Made by a program: the position numbers and the translations under genes. From a virus (taxonomy: Duplodnaviria; Caudoviricetes), in the IMG/VR virus record IMGVR_UViG_3300011517_000006, positions 1 through 64,000 of that record: DNA of 64,000 bases. One strand, 5' to 3'. Below are positions 7,002 to 15,760 of this stretch, piece by piece (position 1 is the stretch's first letter; each line of letters starts with the position of its first letter). The notes beneath the pieces were generated by a model. It did not search any database. It had not been told where the DNA came from and was given only the letters and a program-made list of their open reading frames with translations.

Positions 7002-10000
7002 TCAGACGTTGAAGATCGCGGCCGCCCCGACCGGGATCGTGAAGGCCCGCCCCGATCCGGCATCCCTGACGAGGCAGGCGAACTGAGCGCGCTTGATCTC
7101 GCCCGGCGACGAGACGTTGACGCGGAAGGCGGTCTCAGGACCGGACGGCGCGGTGATGGTCCAGGTCTCTTCGCCGCCGATCTGCGACCAGTCGTAGCTC
7201 ACAGAGCCGGTGGCGCCGGTCGTCGTTATGGTGACGGTGGCGGTCGTAACCGACCCTGCCGTGGTGCGGGTTCCGATGCGGCTGGCGGCACTGGCTTGGG
7301 CGTGGAAGCCGCCCCCGCCGCTCAACTCGGCGCTGCCGTAATAGACCTTCCCGTCCGTCCCCAGCGCGAAGTAGCCGTTGGTTCGGCTCATGGCCGACAG
7401 GGCGATGGTGTTAGGCCCGAACCACAGAACCAGACCGCTCGACACGCCGAAGCCGGGACCGATGGTCAGGCGACGACCCGATATGTCCACGCTGACCGGC
7501 GCGCCGAAATAGGCTTCGCCGTTGATCAACTTCAGGGCTGTGACGATCTGGTCGCCGACCACGTTGCGCAGCAGAAGCTCAGTCGCAGCGAGGGCTATCT
7601 CGCTTCCACCCGCCCCGGCCAGAGCCTTGATGTAGGCGGGGCTGCCACCAGCGGCGAGGATCAACTCAAAGGCAGATTGGCCTAGCCGCGTCACTGCATC
7701 GACGGAAGTCGATAGCGCCAGGGATGCGCGAGCATCGACGGCGATCAGCTGGGAATCGTCCCGCCACGCCGTCATGCTGTCGCCGACTTCCAGCTTGATC
7801 TGACGGACGCCCGCTCCGTTTGTCTGGATGCCGGTCAGGTTTTCTCCAAAGACGCGGACCCGCACGCGCGTTGTCCCGGCCGGGAACGACGTGATCTTGA
7901 CGAAACGCCGCGCGCCCTCGCCGAAGTTGGTGTTCGTATTCACGAACGCTCGGGAGGAGTAGCCCAGAACCCCGCCAGTGTTGCCGTAGCAGGCCAGATC
8001 CACCACAACGTTGCCGCTGGTCGCCAAGCGTCGGAAGTCGGCCGACAACACATAGGTGAGGCTGGCATTGATGCTGATATAGTCGCTGTCGAGGCCGTTG
8101 GTGCCGTTCAGGTTCACGTACGCATGAGGCCCAACCGGCGCCGTGGTCGTGTAAAGCCAGGATGAGGAGGACCACCCGGCGAACCCCTCAGCAAATGTCG
8201 AGTTCGGCAGGATGTTGAAGCCGGACTGGTTATTGACGCTGGCCACCAGATCGGCGCTGATCTGGGCGCTGGCCGCGCTGGCGCTAGCGCTGGACGCTTG
8301 GGCGATAGCTGTGGCCGCAGCGCCTTGGGCGGCGTCTTTGGCCGAAACGGCGTCGTTCTTCGCCGTCACGGCGGTGCCGGACGCCTGAGAGGCCGTGTTG
8401 GCGGAACCCGCCGCCGCCGAAGCGGAGGAGGACGCTTGGTTGCTGTAGGTCGAGGCCTCCCCGGCTTTCGTCGCCGCCGTTGTGGCCGATCCACTGGCGG
8501 CGGTTGCAGACTGCCCTGCCGCCGTCTCGCTGGCCGCTGCGCTGGAGGCGGAGGTCGCCGCCGCCGAAGCGCTATCAGCCGCATCGAAAGGAGAGGGGGT
8601 CCAGACGGTCGCGGTCGCGCCTTCCTCGATCTTGACGGCGGCGATCTCGACGTTGACGTTCGCCTCCATGTTCGGGCGGAAGAAGCGCGCCCGAACCGAC
8701 GACAGGGTCATGTCGGCGTGAGCCGAAGAGAAGTTCTCCCACGTGTAGCGGGTCCAGACGTTGGACTGGATATCGAAGGCCCGTTCCGGCAGCGTGTCCG
8801 GGAACAGGTCGAAGGTGATGGGCTTCGACCCCGAGCCAGCCAGGCGACGCGCCATGAAGCTGAGGCTGTAGGGCGTATTCTGCTTCAGCGGGCCGACAGC
8901 GATGGATCGCTCCTGCGAGCCCGATCCGGTCCCCACCATGGAGAAGCCCCAGCCGGACAGCCCCTCGCTCGTGGTCACAACCTGACCCGCCGTCGCGCGT
9001 GTGCGGCGCACGAGGTTGGTCCGCCCTTGTTGCAGCAGGGCAAGCATGGCCTCGTCGCGAGCGGTAGAGGCAGACACTTGGGAGGACAAAGCGGAAGCTG
9101 CGCTTATACCCGCCTCGTTCGCCTTGGTTGAGGCCGTCGAGGCCGACCCCGCCGCCGCGCTGGCCGAGCCTGCCGCCGCATCACGGCTGTTTGCTGCTTG
9201 GGTGGCGCTGCTGCTGGCGCTGGCTGCCGAGCCTGCCGCGTCGTCACGGCTGTTGGAGGCCTGCGTGGCTGCTGTCTGGGCCTGACCTCGCGCAGTTTCG
9301 GCTTGGGTCTTGGCCGCGCTGGCCGCGCTGGCCGACTGGCCCGCCGCCGTATTGCTGGCGGCGGCTGAACTGGCCGAAGCGGCCGAGGCCGAAGCCTCCA
9401 GTTTGGCCGCAACCTCAGATGTCACATCCTCATAGACCAGAGACGCAATCTCGACCGTGCCGCCCGATGCGCCGATGCCGCCTGTCTCAGAGCCCAGATA
9501 CGAGCCCGGCCGGAAATGGGTGGCGGTCGGCTGGCCGGATCGGATCGAGGCCGACGTGCCTTCCCAGACAACTGTCTGCCACCCGGCCGCGACGGACATC
9601 GTCACAGTGGTATACTGGCCGCCGTTGTTATCACCCGTCGCGTTCGACCGCCGAATGCCGATCTGCACCTTCGTCGGCAGCGCCCCTGCCGCGACCAGAC
9701 GCACCCGCGCCGTCACGCGATGCGTCCTACCCTCGCCGATGGCGACCCAGCCCCTGGTGTTGACGTGTCGCGCCACGCCGGTCGTGCGCAGGACATCGCC
9801 CTCGTCAGCGTTCGTCTCGATGCTGACGCCAGGGCTGGTGACTGGCCCCGTGTTCTCCGGGCGGCCGACCAAAGTGCTGGTGAAGAACCCAACCTGCGCT
9901 GGACGGCTCGGCAGCGTGGCGACGGCTGCTGATTGAGCCCCATCCTTCGCCGCCGTAGCCGTGACTGACGACGCCTGCGACGCCGCCGCGCTAACTCCAG

Positions 10001-13000
10001 CCGCATCTGCGAACGACGAGGCTTGGTTACGGGCGGTGACGGCGGCGTTGGACGCGGCCTGCGCGTCGCTCTTTGCCGTGGTGGCAATCCCCGCCTGCGT
10101 CGTCGCCGTCGATGCAGCCCCGGTCGCCGTTGTGGCGCTGTCCGCCGCCTCGTTACGGAAGGTCTGGGCCTGAGCGCGGGCGGTTTCCGCGTCGGTCTTG
10201 GCGGTCTGTGCCGCGCTGGCCGACTGACCGGCTTGGTTTGAAGACGTGGCCGCAGAGGACGCAGACGAAGCTGCTGCCGTCGCCTTCTGGTCCGCCGTGT
10301 CGCGGGCGCTTTCCGCCGCGACCTTGGCCGCATTGGCCGCCGTAGCGCTGTTTCCGGCCTCATTGGCCTTGGTTGCAGCCGTAGAGGCCGACCCGCTGGC
10401 CGCCGTCGCCGAACCGCCAGCCGCCGTGGCGCTGCCCGCCGCAAGCCCGGCCTGTTGCGTAGCCGTCGCCGCAGACCCGGCCGCGTCCGTGGCCTTCTGG
10501 GTCGCCGTGGTTGCGCTGGCCGCAGCATCGTTCTTGCTGGTCAGGGCCGCCGCCGCAGACCCCGCCGCTTCGGTGGCCTTGGTCGCAGCCGTATCACGCG
10601 CCGTCTGCGCCTCGCCCTTGGCGATGAGCGCATCCGCCTTTGCCTGGACAGCCGCAGCCTCAGAAGCCGCCGCAGCGGCCGCCGAGGTCGCCGCGCTGGC
10701 CGTGTCGCCATAGACCTCTTCCAGCGCCTCGACCGCCTGACGGTTCTGATCCGCCAGCGTCTTCGTGTCCGTCAGCCTGTCAAGCACGTCCTGAACCGGC
10801 TCGCCGTTCAGGTGGGTGGCGCCGCCCGAAATCAACTGCCCCGGCACGCGCGGCCCGATTACCAGAAACTGGCTCGGCACGCCCTGCGCCGACAGGTGCG
10901 TGATGGCCACGAAATGCTCGACGCCCGGCGTCAGGTTGCCGATCTCCAGCGCCTTCGTCAGCGGCGCGCCTTCATAGACCTCAGTCCACGGACCATCGAC
11001 GGTCAGCCCCCAGGCGATCCGCACGGCCGCCACATTGGGATCGGTGATCTCGCCGCGCACGATCAGGATCGGCTGCGACAAGCCGTTCGCGTCCGCCCCC
11101 TTGGCGTCCACGCTCCAGACAGAGGCGAGAGGCGCGCCGGGAACCGGCTTGACCACCGTCACCTGCAGCGGGCGGGACACACGACCGTCCACGGTCGTCG
11201 CCGTGATCTCGAACTCGACCCGCGTCGCCTCGACGCCCTCGATCGGAGCCTCGCGCAGCGGCGGAGCGATCAGTTCGCGCGCAGCCCCATCCAGCGCCGG
11301 CAGAGGCGCCCAGCTCGCGGTCTCGCCGGCGATTGAGACGCCACGCCACCTCACGGTGAAGGCGCTGATGGGCGCCCCGCGCCAGGTCGGAATGGCGAAG
11401 CTCACGCGCACGCCGTGCGCATCCTCTTGAACGCCCAGAAGCGTCGGGCGCGGCGGGTTGGCGTTACGGTCGCCCGACAGGCGCGAGGGCAATGACGGGA
11501 TGGGCCCGGTCTCGCCCGCCATCAACTGGGGCGCGACATAGCGCACCCCTGTGATCACCGCCGTCAGGTTCTCGCCCGGCTCGATACCGACGATCTCAAC
11601 ATCTTCGCTGACCCGCTCCGACACGCCGAAGGCGATCAGGTCGTCGGCCTGTGGGCACAGCGCAGGGTTGCGCGCATCGGTGAAACGGATTTCACGCGTC
11701 TCGCCTGCGAAGGTTTCGACGGGGACAGAGACGTGCAGCCCGTTCTTGGTCCGCAGGTCAGCCGCGTACTCCTGCCCGGCCTCCATCCTCACCGGCTGCG
11801 TCAGCCGCAACCCGATCACGGCGCTGCCATCGGCGCTCCAGCGGCGGCAGCGCACCCGCGCCTCGGCGCCGTTCAGAGGCCGTCGCCACGCCAGCCGCAC
11901 GCGATCGCCGTACTGCGACACCAGATGCTCGATATCAGCCGTCCAGGTATCGACCCGGCGTTGCAGTTTCAGCGATCCCAGAGCCCAGCGCCCGTCACGA
12001 AAGGCGCGGTTCGGCGTCGCCTGACCGTCCAGACGCAAGGCCTCGACCAGCGTGGCCGCCGTGATCCCCTTCGCCGGATCCGCAACCTCTCCATAACCAT
12101 CGGCATAGACGAACAGCTCGTCGGCCTCGCCGCCCTTCTCCAGGTTCAGGAACTCGACGCGAAGGGCGTGAACCGGGTCCGGATAGACGATCTCCCAGCG
12201 GTGATCGCGCAGATTCGCTCCGGTAAACAACTGGCGCGGCGCCGGCTTCTCGACCCAGGGCGAGGCCGCGACCTGAACGCCATCCCAGAACAGCCAGGCG
12301 CGCCCGGCGCGCTCCAGGATCTGCAGAACCTCCGCCTGCGTCTTCGTTTCCGTCAGGTAGACATGACACTTCCAGTCGTACTGTTCGCACAGGCCCGACC
12401 ATGCCCGCAGGCGCAGATCCGCCTGGGCGGGCAGCAGGGGTTTGGCGGGAGCCGGTCCGGTCAGCAGCCAGCGCGCCAGGGCGGCCGGGTTCGACGTCGC
12501 GACCGCCGGTCCCCAGCTACTGCCCGTCCAGGTCGGACATTTCGGCTTGATGCGGCAGGTGATCGGCGCCAGCCCGCCCTGATTGATGGCCGAGGCGCGC
12601 ACCGCAAACTCGATCAGGGACAGCGTCTCGTCCGTCACCGGCTTGCGGAAGGCGACCGCCTTGATGGCGCTGAGCAGAATCCGGTCCTGGCGCTTGGCGT
12701 TGTCGTCATCCGGGCGGCTGCGCGTCAGTTCGAACTCGTAACGATCGTGCGGCAGGCTCACCCAGTGGGTGATGCGCATCGGATCCTTCGAGCGCGCGCG
12801 CCGCGACATCGTCGGCCCGTTCTGCCACGGTCCGGTGGCGGCCCCCGTCATGTCGATCGGGCGATAGCGCACCGCGACCGAAACAGTCGCGTCGATCAGC
12901 CGGCCGTCATCCTTCTGAAAATGCAGGCCCGCCGGCAGGAAGAAATCGAAGCCGAAGCGGCTCCCGTCCGAGGACGCCGCTCGCACCAGCGGCGTCGCGC

Positions 13001-13802
13001 TGCCCGGCGTCGCCTGCAACTCCTCCTGGAGATCCAACTGGTCGACATCGTTGGGATAGAGCTGGAAGGCGCGCGGGCCCGGCTCCAGATGCTGGACCAT
13101 CCGAAAATCGCCCGGCCCCATGGTGCTGACCAGGGTGTCGCCGATCTTGACCTCGGAAACTTCGCACGGGCCGTAGTGGACGCCCAGGATGCCGTACAGC
13201 CAGACGTCGTCGCCTTCGCTCTGGGTAAAGGTCTTCACCGCCAGATCCGGCGCCGCCACCACCTCGCCCAGCGCCAGAGGCATGGTGCCCCACTGCCGGT
13301 ACTGGTTCGACGCGCTCTGCAGGGCGTACCGATCATTGGCCCGGGCTGGCGTATCACGCTGCCCCATGGAGGAGACCAGCGCCGCCCCGCCGACCAGCAC
13401 CCCGACCTGGAGCGCCGTGCGCGCGATCAGCTTGGCGACCAGCATGGCCTGGTTGGAGGCGAACAGGGCCATGCCGCCGATCCAGGACGACACCGCCAGC
13501 ACGGCCAGGGAGACGAGGATCTGCCCGATATCCTTCCCGCCGCCGCCACCGCCGCCCAGCGGCTCAACGACAAAGTGGACCAGCTCGCCGGCCTTCAGGA
13601 CCCGATCGAGCGCGACCTCGCGAGGCAGGCGCGCCCCATCGATGTAGATCTCCGTGCGGTCCAGCAGGTTGACGGGAAGCCCCGCCTTGACCGCCTCGAC
13701 CAGCGCGCCGCGCACCGTCAGGCCTTCGATCACGGCCAGATCGAAACTGCCGCGCCCGAAGGCTTCAGGCGTCACGACGATGGGCAACGAGCCGTCAGCC
13801 AC
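7002..13802 (-). CDS. Tail tip / host-specificity protein (gpI-like plus TipJ-like) with a long fibre and carbohydrate-binding-like modules
   Basis: 2266 aa; follows NlpC/P60 and the DUF1833-like gene; Ala/Ser/Thr-rich stalks alternating with globular beta-rich domains. Confidence 0.88.
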   Translation of the reverse strand: MADGSLPIVVTPEAFGRGSFDLAVIEGLTVRGALVEAVKAGLPVNLLDRTEIYIDGARLPREVALDRVLKAGELVHFVVEPLGGGGGGGKDIGQILVSLAVLAVSSWIGGMALFASNQAMLVAKLIARTALQVGVLVGGAALVSSMGQRDTPARANDRYALQSASNQYRQWGTMPLALGEVVAAPDLAVKTFTQSEGDDVWLYGILGVHYGPCEVSEVKIGDTLVSTMGPGDFRMVQHLEPGPRAFQLYPNDVDQLDLQEELQATPGSATPLVRAASSDGSRFGFDFFLPAGLHFQKDDGRLIDATVSVAVRYRPIDMTGAATGPWQNGPTMSRRARSKDPMRITHWVSLPHDRYEFELTRSRPDDDNAKRQDRILLSAIKAVAFRKPVTDETLSLIEFAVRASAINQGGLAPITCRIKPKCPTWTGSSWGPAVATSNPAALARWLLTGPAPAKPLLPAQADLRLRAWSGLCEQYDWKCHVYLTETKTQAEVLQILERAGRAWLFWDGVQVAASPWVEKPAPRQLFTGANLRDHRWEIVYPDPVHALRVEFLNLEKGGEADELFVYADGYGEVADPAKGITAATLVEALRLDGQATPNRAFRDGRWALGSLKLQRRVDTWTADIEHLVSQYGDRVRLAWRRPLNGAEARVRCRRWSADGSAVIGLRLTQPVRMEAGQEYAADLRTKNGLHVSVPVETFAGETREIRFTDARNPALCPQADDLIAFGVSERVSEDVEIVGIEPGENLTAVITGVRYVAPQLMAGETGPIPSLPSRLSGDRNANPPRPTLLGVQEDAHGVRVSFAIPTWRGAPISAFTVRWRGVSIAGETASWAPLPALDGAARELIAPPLREAPIEGVEATRVEFEITATTVDGRVSRPLQVTVVKPVPGAPLASVWSVDAKGADANGLSQPILIVRGEITDPNVAAVRIAWGLTVDGPWTEVYEGAPLTKALEIGNLTPGVEHFVAITHLSAQGVPSQFLVIGPRVPGQLISGGATHLNGEPVQDVLDRLTDTKTLADQNRQAVEALEEVYGDTASAATSAAAAAASEAAAVQAKADALIAKGEAQTARDTAATKATEAAGSAAAALTSKNDAAASATTATQKATDAAGSAATATQQAGLAAGSATAAGGSATAASGSASTAATKANEAGNSATAANAAKVAAESARDTADQKATAAASSASSAATSSNQAGQSASAAQTAKTDAETARAQAQTFRNEAADSATTATGAASTATTQAGIATTAKSDAQAASNAAVTARNQASSFADAAGVSAAASQASSVTATAAKDGAQSAAVATLPSRPAQVGFFTSTLVGRPENTGPVTSPGVSIETNADEGDVLRTTGVARHVNTRGWVAIGEGRTHRVTARVRLVAAGALPTKVQIGIRRSNATGDNNGGQYTTVTMSVAAGWQTVVWEGTSASIRSGQPTATHFRPGSYLGSETGGIGASGGTVEIASLVYEDVTSEVAAKLEASASAASASSAAASNTAAGQSASAASAAKTQAETARGQAQTAATQASNSRDDAAGSAASASSSATQAANSRDAAAGSASAAAGSASTASTKANEAGISAASALSSQVSASTARDEAMLALLQQGRTNLVRRTRATAGQVVTTSEGLSGWGFSMVGTGSGSQERSIAVGPLKQNTPYSLSFMARRLAGSGSKPITFDLFPDTLPERAFDIQSNVWTRYTWENFSSAHADMTLSSVRARFFRPNMEANVNVEIAAVKIEEGATATVWTPSPFDAADSASAAATSASSAAASETAAGQSATAASGSATTAATKAGEASTYSNQASSSASAAAGSANTASQASGTAVTAKNDAVSAKDAAQGAAATAIAQASSASASAASAQISADLVASVNNQSGFNILPNSTFAEGFAGWSSSSWLYTTTAPVGPHAYVNLNGTNGLDSDYISINASLTYVLSADFRRLATSGNVVVDLACYGNTGGVLGYSSRAFVNTNTNFGEGARRFVKITSFPAGTTRVRVRVFGENLTGIQTNGAGVRQIKLEVGDSMTAWRDDSQLIAVDARASLALSTSVDAVTRLGQSAFELILAAGGSPAYIKALAGAGGSEIALAATELLLRNVVGDQIVTALKLINGEAYFGAPVSVDISGRRLTIGPGFGVSSGLVLWFGPNTIALSAMSRTNGYFALGTDGKVYYGSAELSGGGGFHAQASAASRIGTRTTAGSVTTATVTITTTGATGSVSYDWSQIGGEETWTITAPSGPETAFRVNVSSPGEIKRAQFACLVRDAGSGRAFTIPVGAAAIFNV

Positions 13803-13913
13803 GGACGCCTCCTCCTCTTGGTTGTCGATGGGATGCGCACGGCGTGCGCTGCCTGCGTCGGGTCGAAAAGGCGAACCCTTTTGAGCGCAGGCGGCTCAGA
13901 AACTCCGGCGCGG

Positions 13914-14369
13914 CTAGAGCGCCGTGACGATGTCCGTGACGAAGGCGGGAACGAAGGCCGCCTTCAGGCCGTACCGGCTTCGCGGCGCATCCAGATCCAA
14001 CAGGGTCGTCCCCATCGGGCTGTCGGCGTGCAGCACCAGGCGCGGCGTCAGCATGTAGCCGACGTGGCCGGCTTTCCCCATCCAGGTCAGCCAGGCGACC
14101 ACGCCAGCCTGGGGCTCAACCATCCGCCACGACGCCAGGCCCTGCGCCAGAAGCCGGGCCCGCGCTTGACCCCCGGCCGAGCTGACGATCGCCGCGTCAT
14201 ACAGTTCCAGATAGTCGGGAACCTCGATCCCGCTGAAGGTGCGCAGGCACCAGCGGGTCAGGCCACGGCAATCCCACCCCTCGGGCGTATCGCCCTTGGC
14301 CTGAAACGGCGCGCCGATCAGCACCGACGCCCGCGCGATCAGATTGCCCGGTACCAGCATAAGCGTCAT
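13914..14369 (-). CDS. NlpC/P60-family tail tip protein (gpK-like)
   Basis: GWDCRGL catalytic Cys and GHVG His motifs; tail-tip position. Confidence 0.82.
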   Translation of the reverse strand: MTLMLVPGNLIARASVLIGAPFQAKGDTPEGWDCRGLTRWCLRTFSGIEVPDYLELYDAAIVSSAGGQARARLLAQGLASWRMVEPQAGVVAWLTWMGKAGHVGYMLTPRLVLHADSPMGTTLLDLDAPRSRYGLKAAFVPAFVTDIVTAL

Positions 14370-14839
14370 CAGAACTGGCCTGGCGCGGTCGCTGGCGTAT
14401 AGCTGACGGCGCAGGCGGGTTCTTCGTTGAAGCTCCTCGGCTGGATCACCGCCGTGGCCTTCGTCTCGTCGCCTTCGGTCGAAGAGACGCGCGCGTCCAT
14501 TAGTGCGCGCTCCAGGACATCAGGATCCGCGACGCGAACTACGGCCAGGTCGATCCTCGGCGGATCCTGCGCGGCGTCGCAGGCCTCCTCGATCCGCTGA
14601 TCGACATTCGCGATCGTCAGCCGCCCTTGTCCGAACGGGTTGTCCTGGCTCGCCCCCGCCCATTTCAGCTGAAACGGGTAATGGACGTGATCGACGCCGT
14701 TGGAGCGCAAGCCGCCGGGCCAATCCGTTACCGCGATAGGCTCGTCCAAGGCGTCGCTGTAGATCGTCACCAGCTGCGCCGCCGCATCAGGCTCGCCCCG
14801 GAATGCGGCCTCGACCAGGGCCTCGGTCACCTCCGTCAT
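14369..14839 (-). CDS. Minor tail protein (DUF1833-like, gpL position)
   Basis: YPFQLKW...GRLTIANVD...DP motif pattern and synteny. Confidence 0.7.
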   Translation of the reverse strand: MTEVTEALVEAAFRGEPDAAAQLVTIYSDALDEPIAVTDWPGGLRSNGVDHVHYPFQLKWAGASQDNPFGQGRLTIANVDQRIEEACDAAQDPPRIDLAVVRVADPDVLERALMDARVSSTEGDETKATAVIQPRSFNEEPACAVSYTPATAPGQF

Positions 14840-15753
14840 CAGGCGGTCTCCAGCCACAGCGTGAAATCCATCAGGTGCAGCGCGCCGCGCGTTTCGGACA
14901 GGCGCGGGGCGCCGTCTGCGGCCCAGCTGGCCACGCACAGTCGTTCGCTGCCCGGCTCGACCATCCAGAACCCGTTGGCTCCAGCAGCGAAAGCCTCCAG
15001 CGCGGCGCGCTGCACCACGTCGCCGCGAATGCGCCCCGCCAGCTTCCGCGCAGGATCAGAGGCGATCGGGCGGCTCATCGGCCGTCCCGGCCCGGCGTCG
15101 AACTCGATGCGGCCGGCCTTGGGCTCAAAGGTGGCGCCGACCTCGATCTCGCGCAGCCAACCGGGCCAGGCCGCGCGCTGCAGGTCCGGCGCGCTGTGCA
15201 GCCCCGGCGACCAGAGAAGGGGATGCGACAAGCCTGCAGGCGGCACCGCCACCATCGGCTTCAACAGCACGGCCTCGACGTGCTGCCCCGCGGCCTGCGC
15301 CACGGCGCCCGCCTCCAGGATGGCTGCGACCGCCAGGGCGGGCCGCGGCAGACGGGCCCAGGCGGTGAAATAGGTGTCGCGCAGGCCTTCTCTGGCCACG
15401 CCCCACCGCTCCAGCACCGGCCGGCGGACCTGCAGGTCATAGGACATGACGGTGTCGCCCGCCTTATCCACAAAGCGGACCCGCACGAAGGGCGCGACGG
15501 CCGCGCCGTTGATGAAAGCGGCCGCGGCGGCCGACACCTCGACCACGGCCGCATCACGGATGTCCGCCGCCGCATTCGCCGCCGTGGCCACGCCGAAGGC
15601 CTGCCCGGGTGCCGCCGACGCCCCGTCGGCCTTCAGCACGATGCGGCCGGGCGCGCCCCGGTCGGCCTCGTCGACTCGGAGGTTGAGCCCGGCCGGAAAC
15701 CGCGTCCAGCCGCTCGCCCCATCCAGCGCTCCCGCATTCGTCAGCCGGTTCAT
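14839..15753 (-). CDS. Distal/minor tail protein
   Basis: Directly after the tape measure; FEPKAGRIEFDAGPGRPMSR resembles distal tail proteins. Confidence 0.6.
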   Translation of the reverse strand: MNRLTNAGALDGASGWTRFPAGLNLRVDEADRGAPGRIVLKADGASAAPGQAFGVATAANAAADIRDAAVVEVSAAAAAFINGAAVAPFVRVRFVDKAGDTVMSYDLQVRRPVLERWGVAREGLRDTYFTAWARLPRPALAVAAILEAGAVAQAAGQHVEAVLLKPMVAVPPAGLSHPLLWSPGLHSAPDLQRAAWPGWLREIEVGATFEPKAGRIEFDAGPGRPMSRPIASDPARKLAGRIRGDVVQRAALEAFAAGANGFWMVEPGSERLCVASWAADGAPRLSETRGALHLMDFTLWLETA

Positions 15754-15760
15754 GATGCTC

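Noticed and set aside
8240-10720. DNA-level tandem repeats in the tail fibre as a phase-variation device
   Set aside because: The repeats are degenerate Ala/Ser/Thr codons, with no exact long copies, homopolymer switch or inverted crossover sites.
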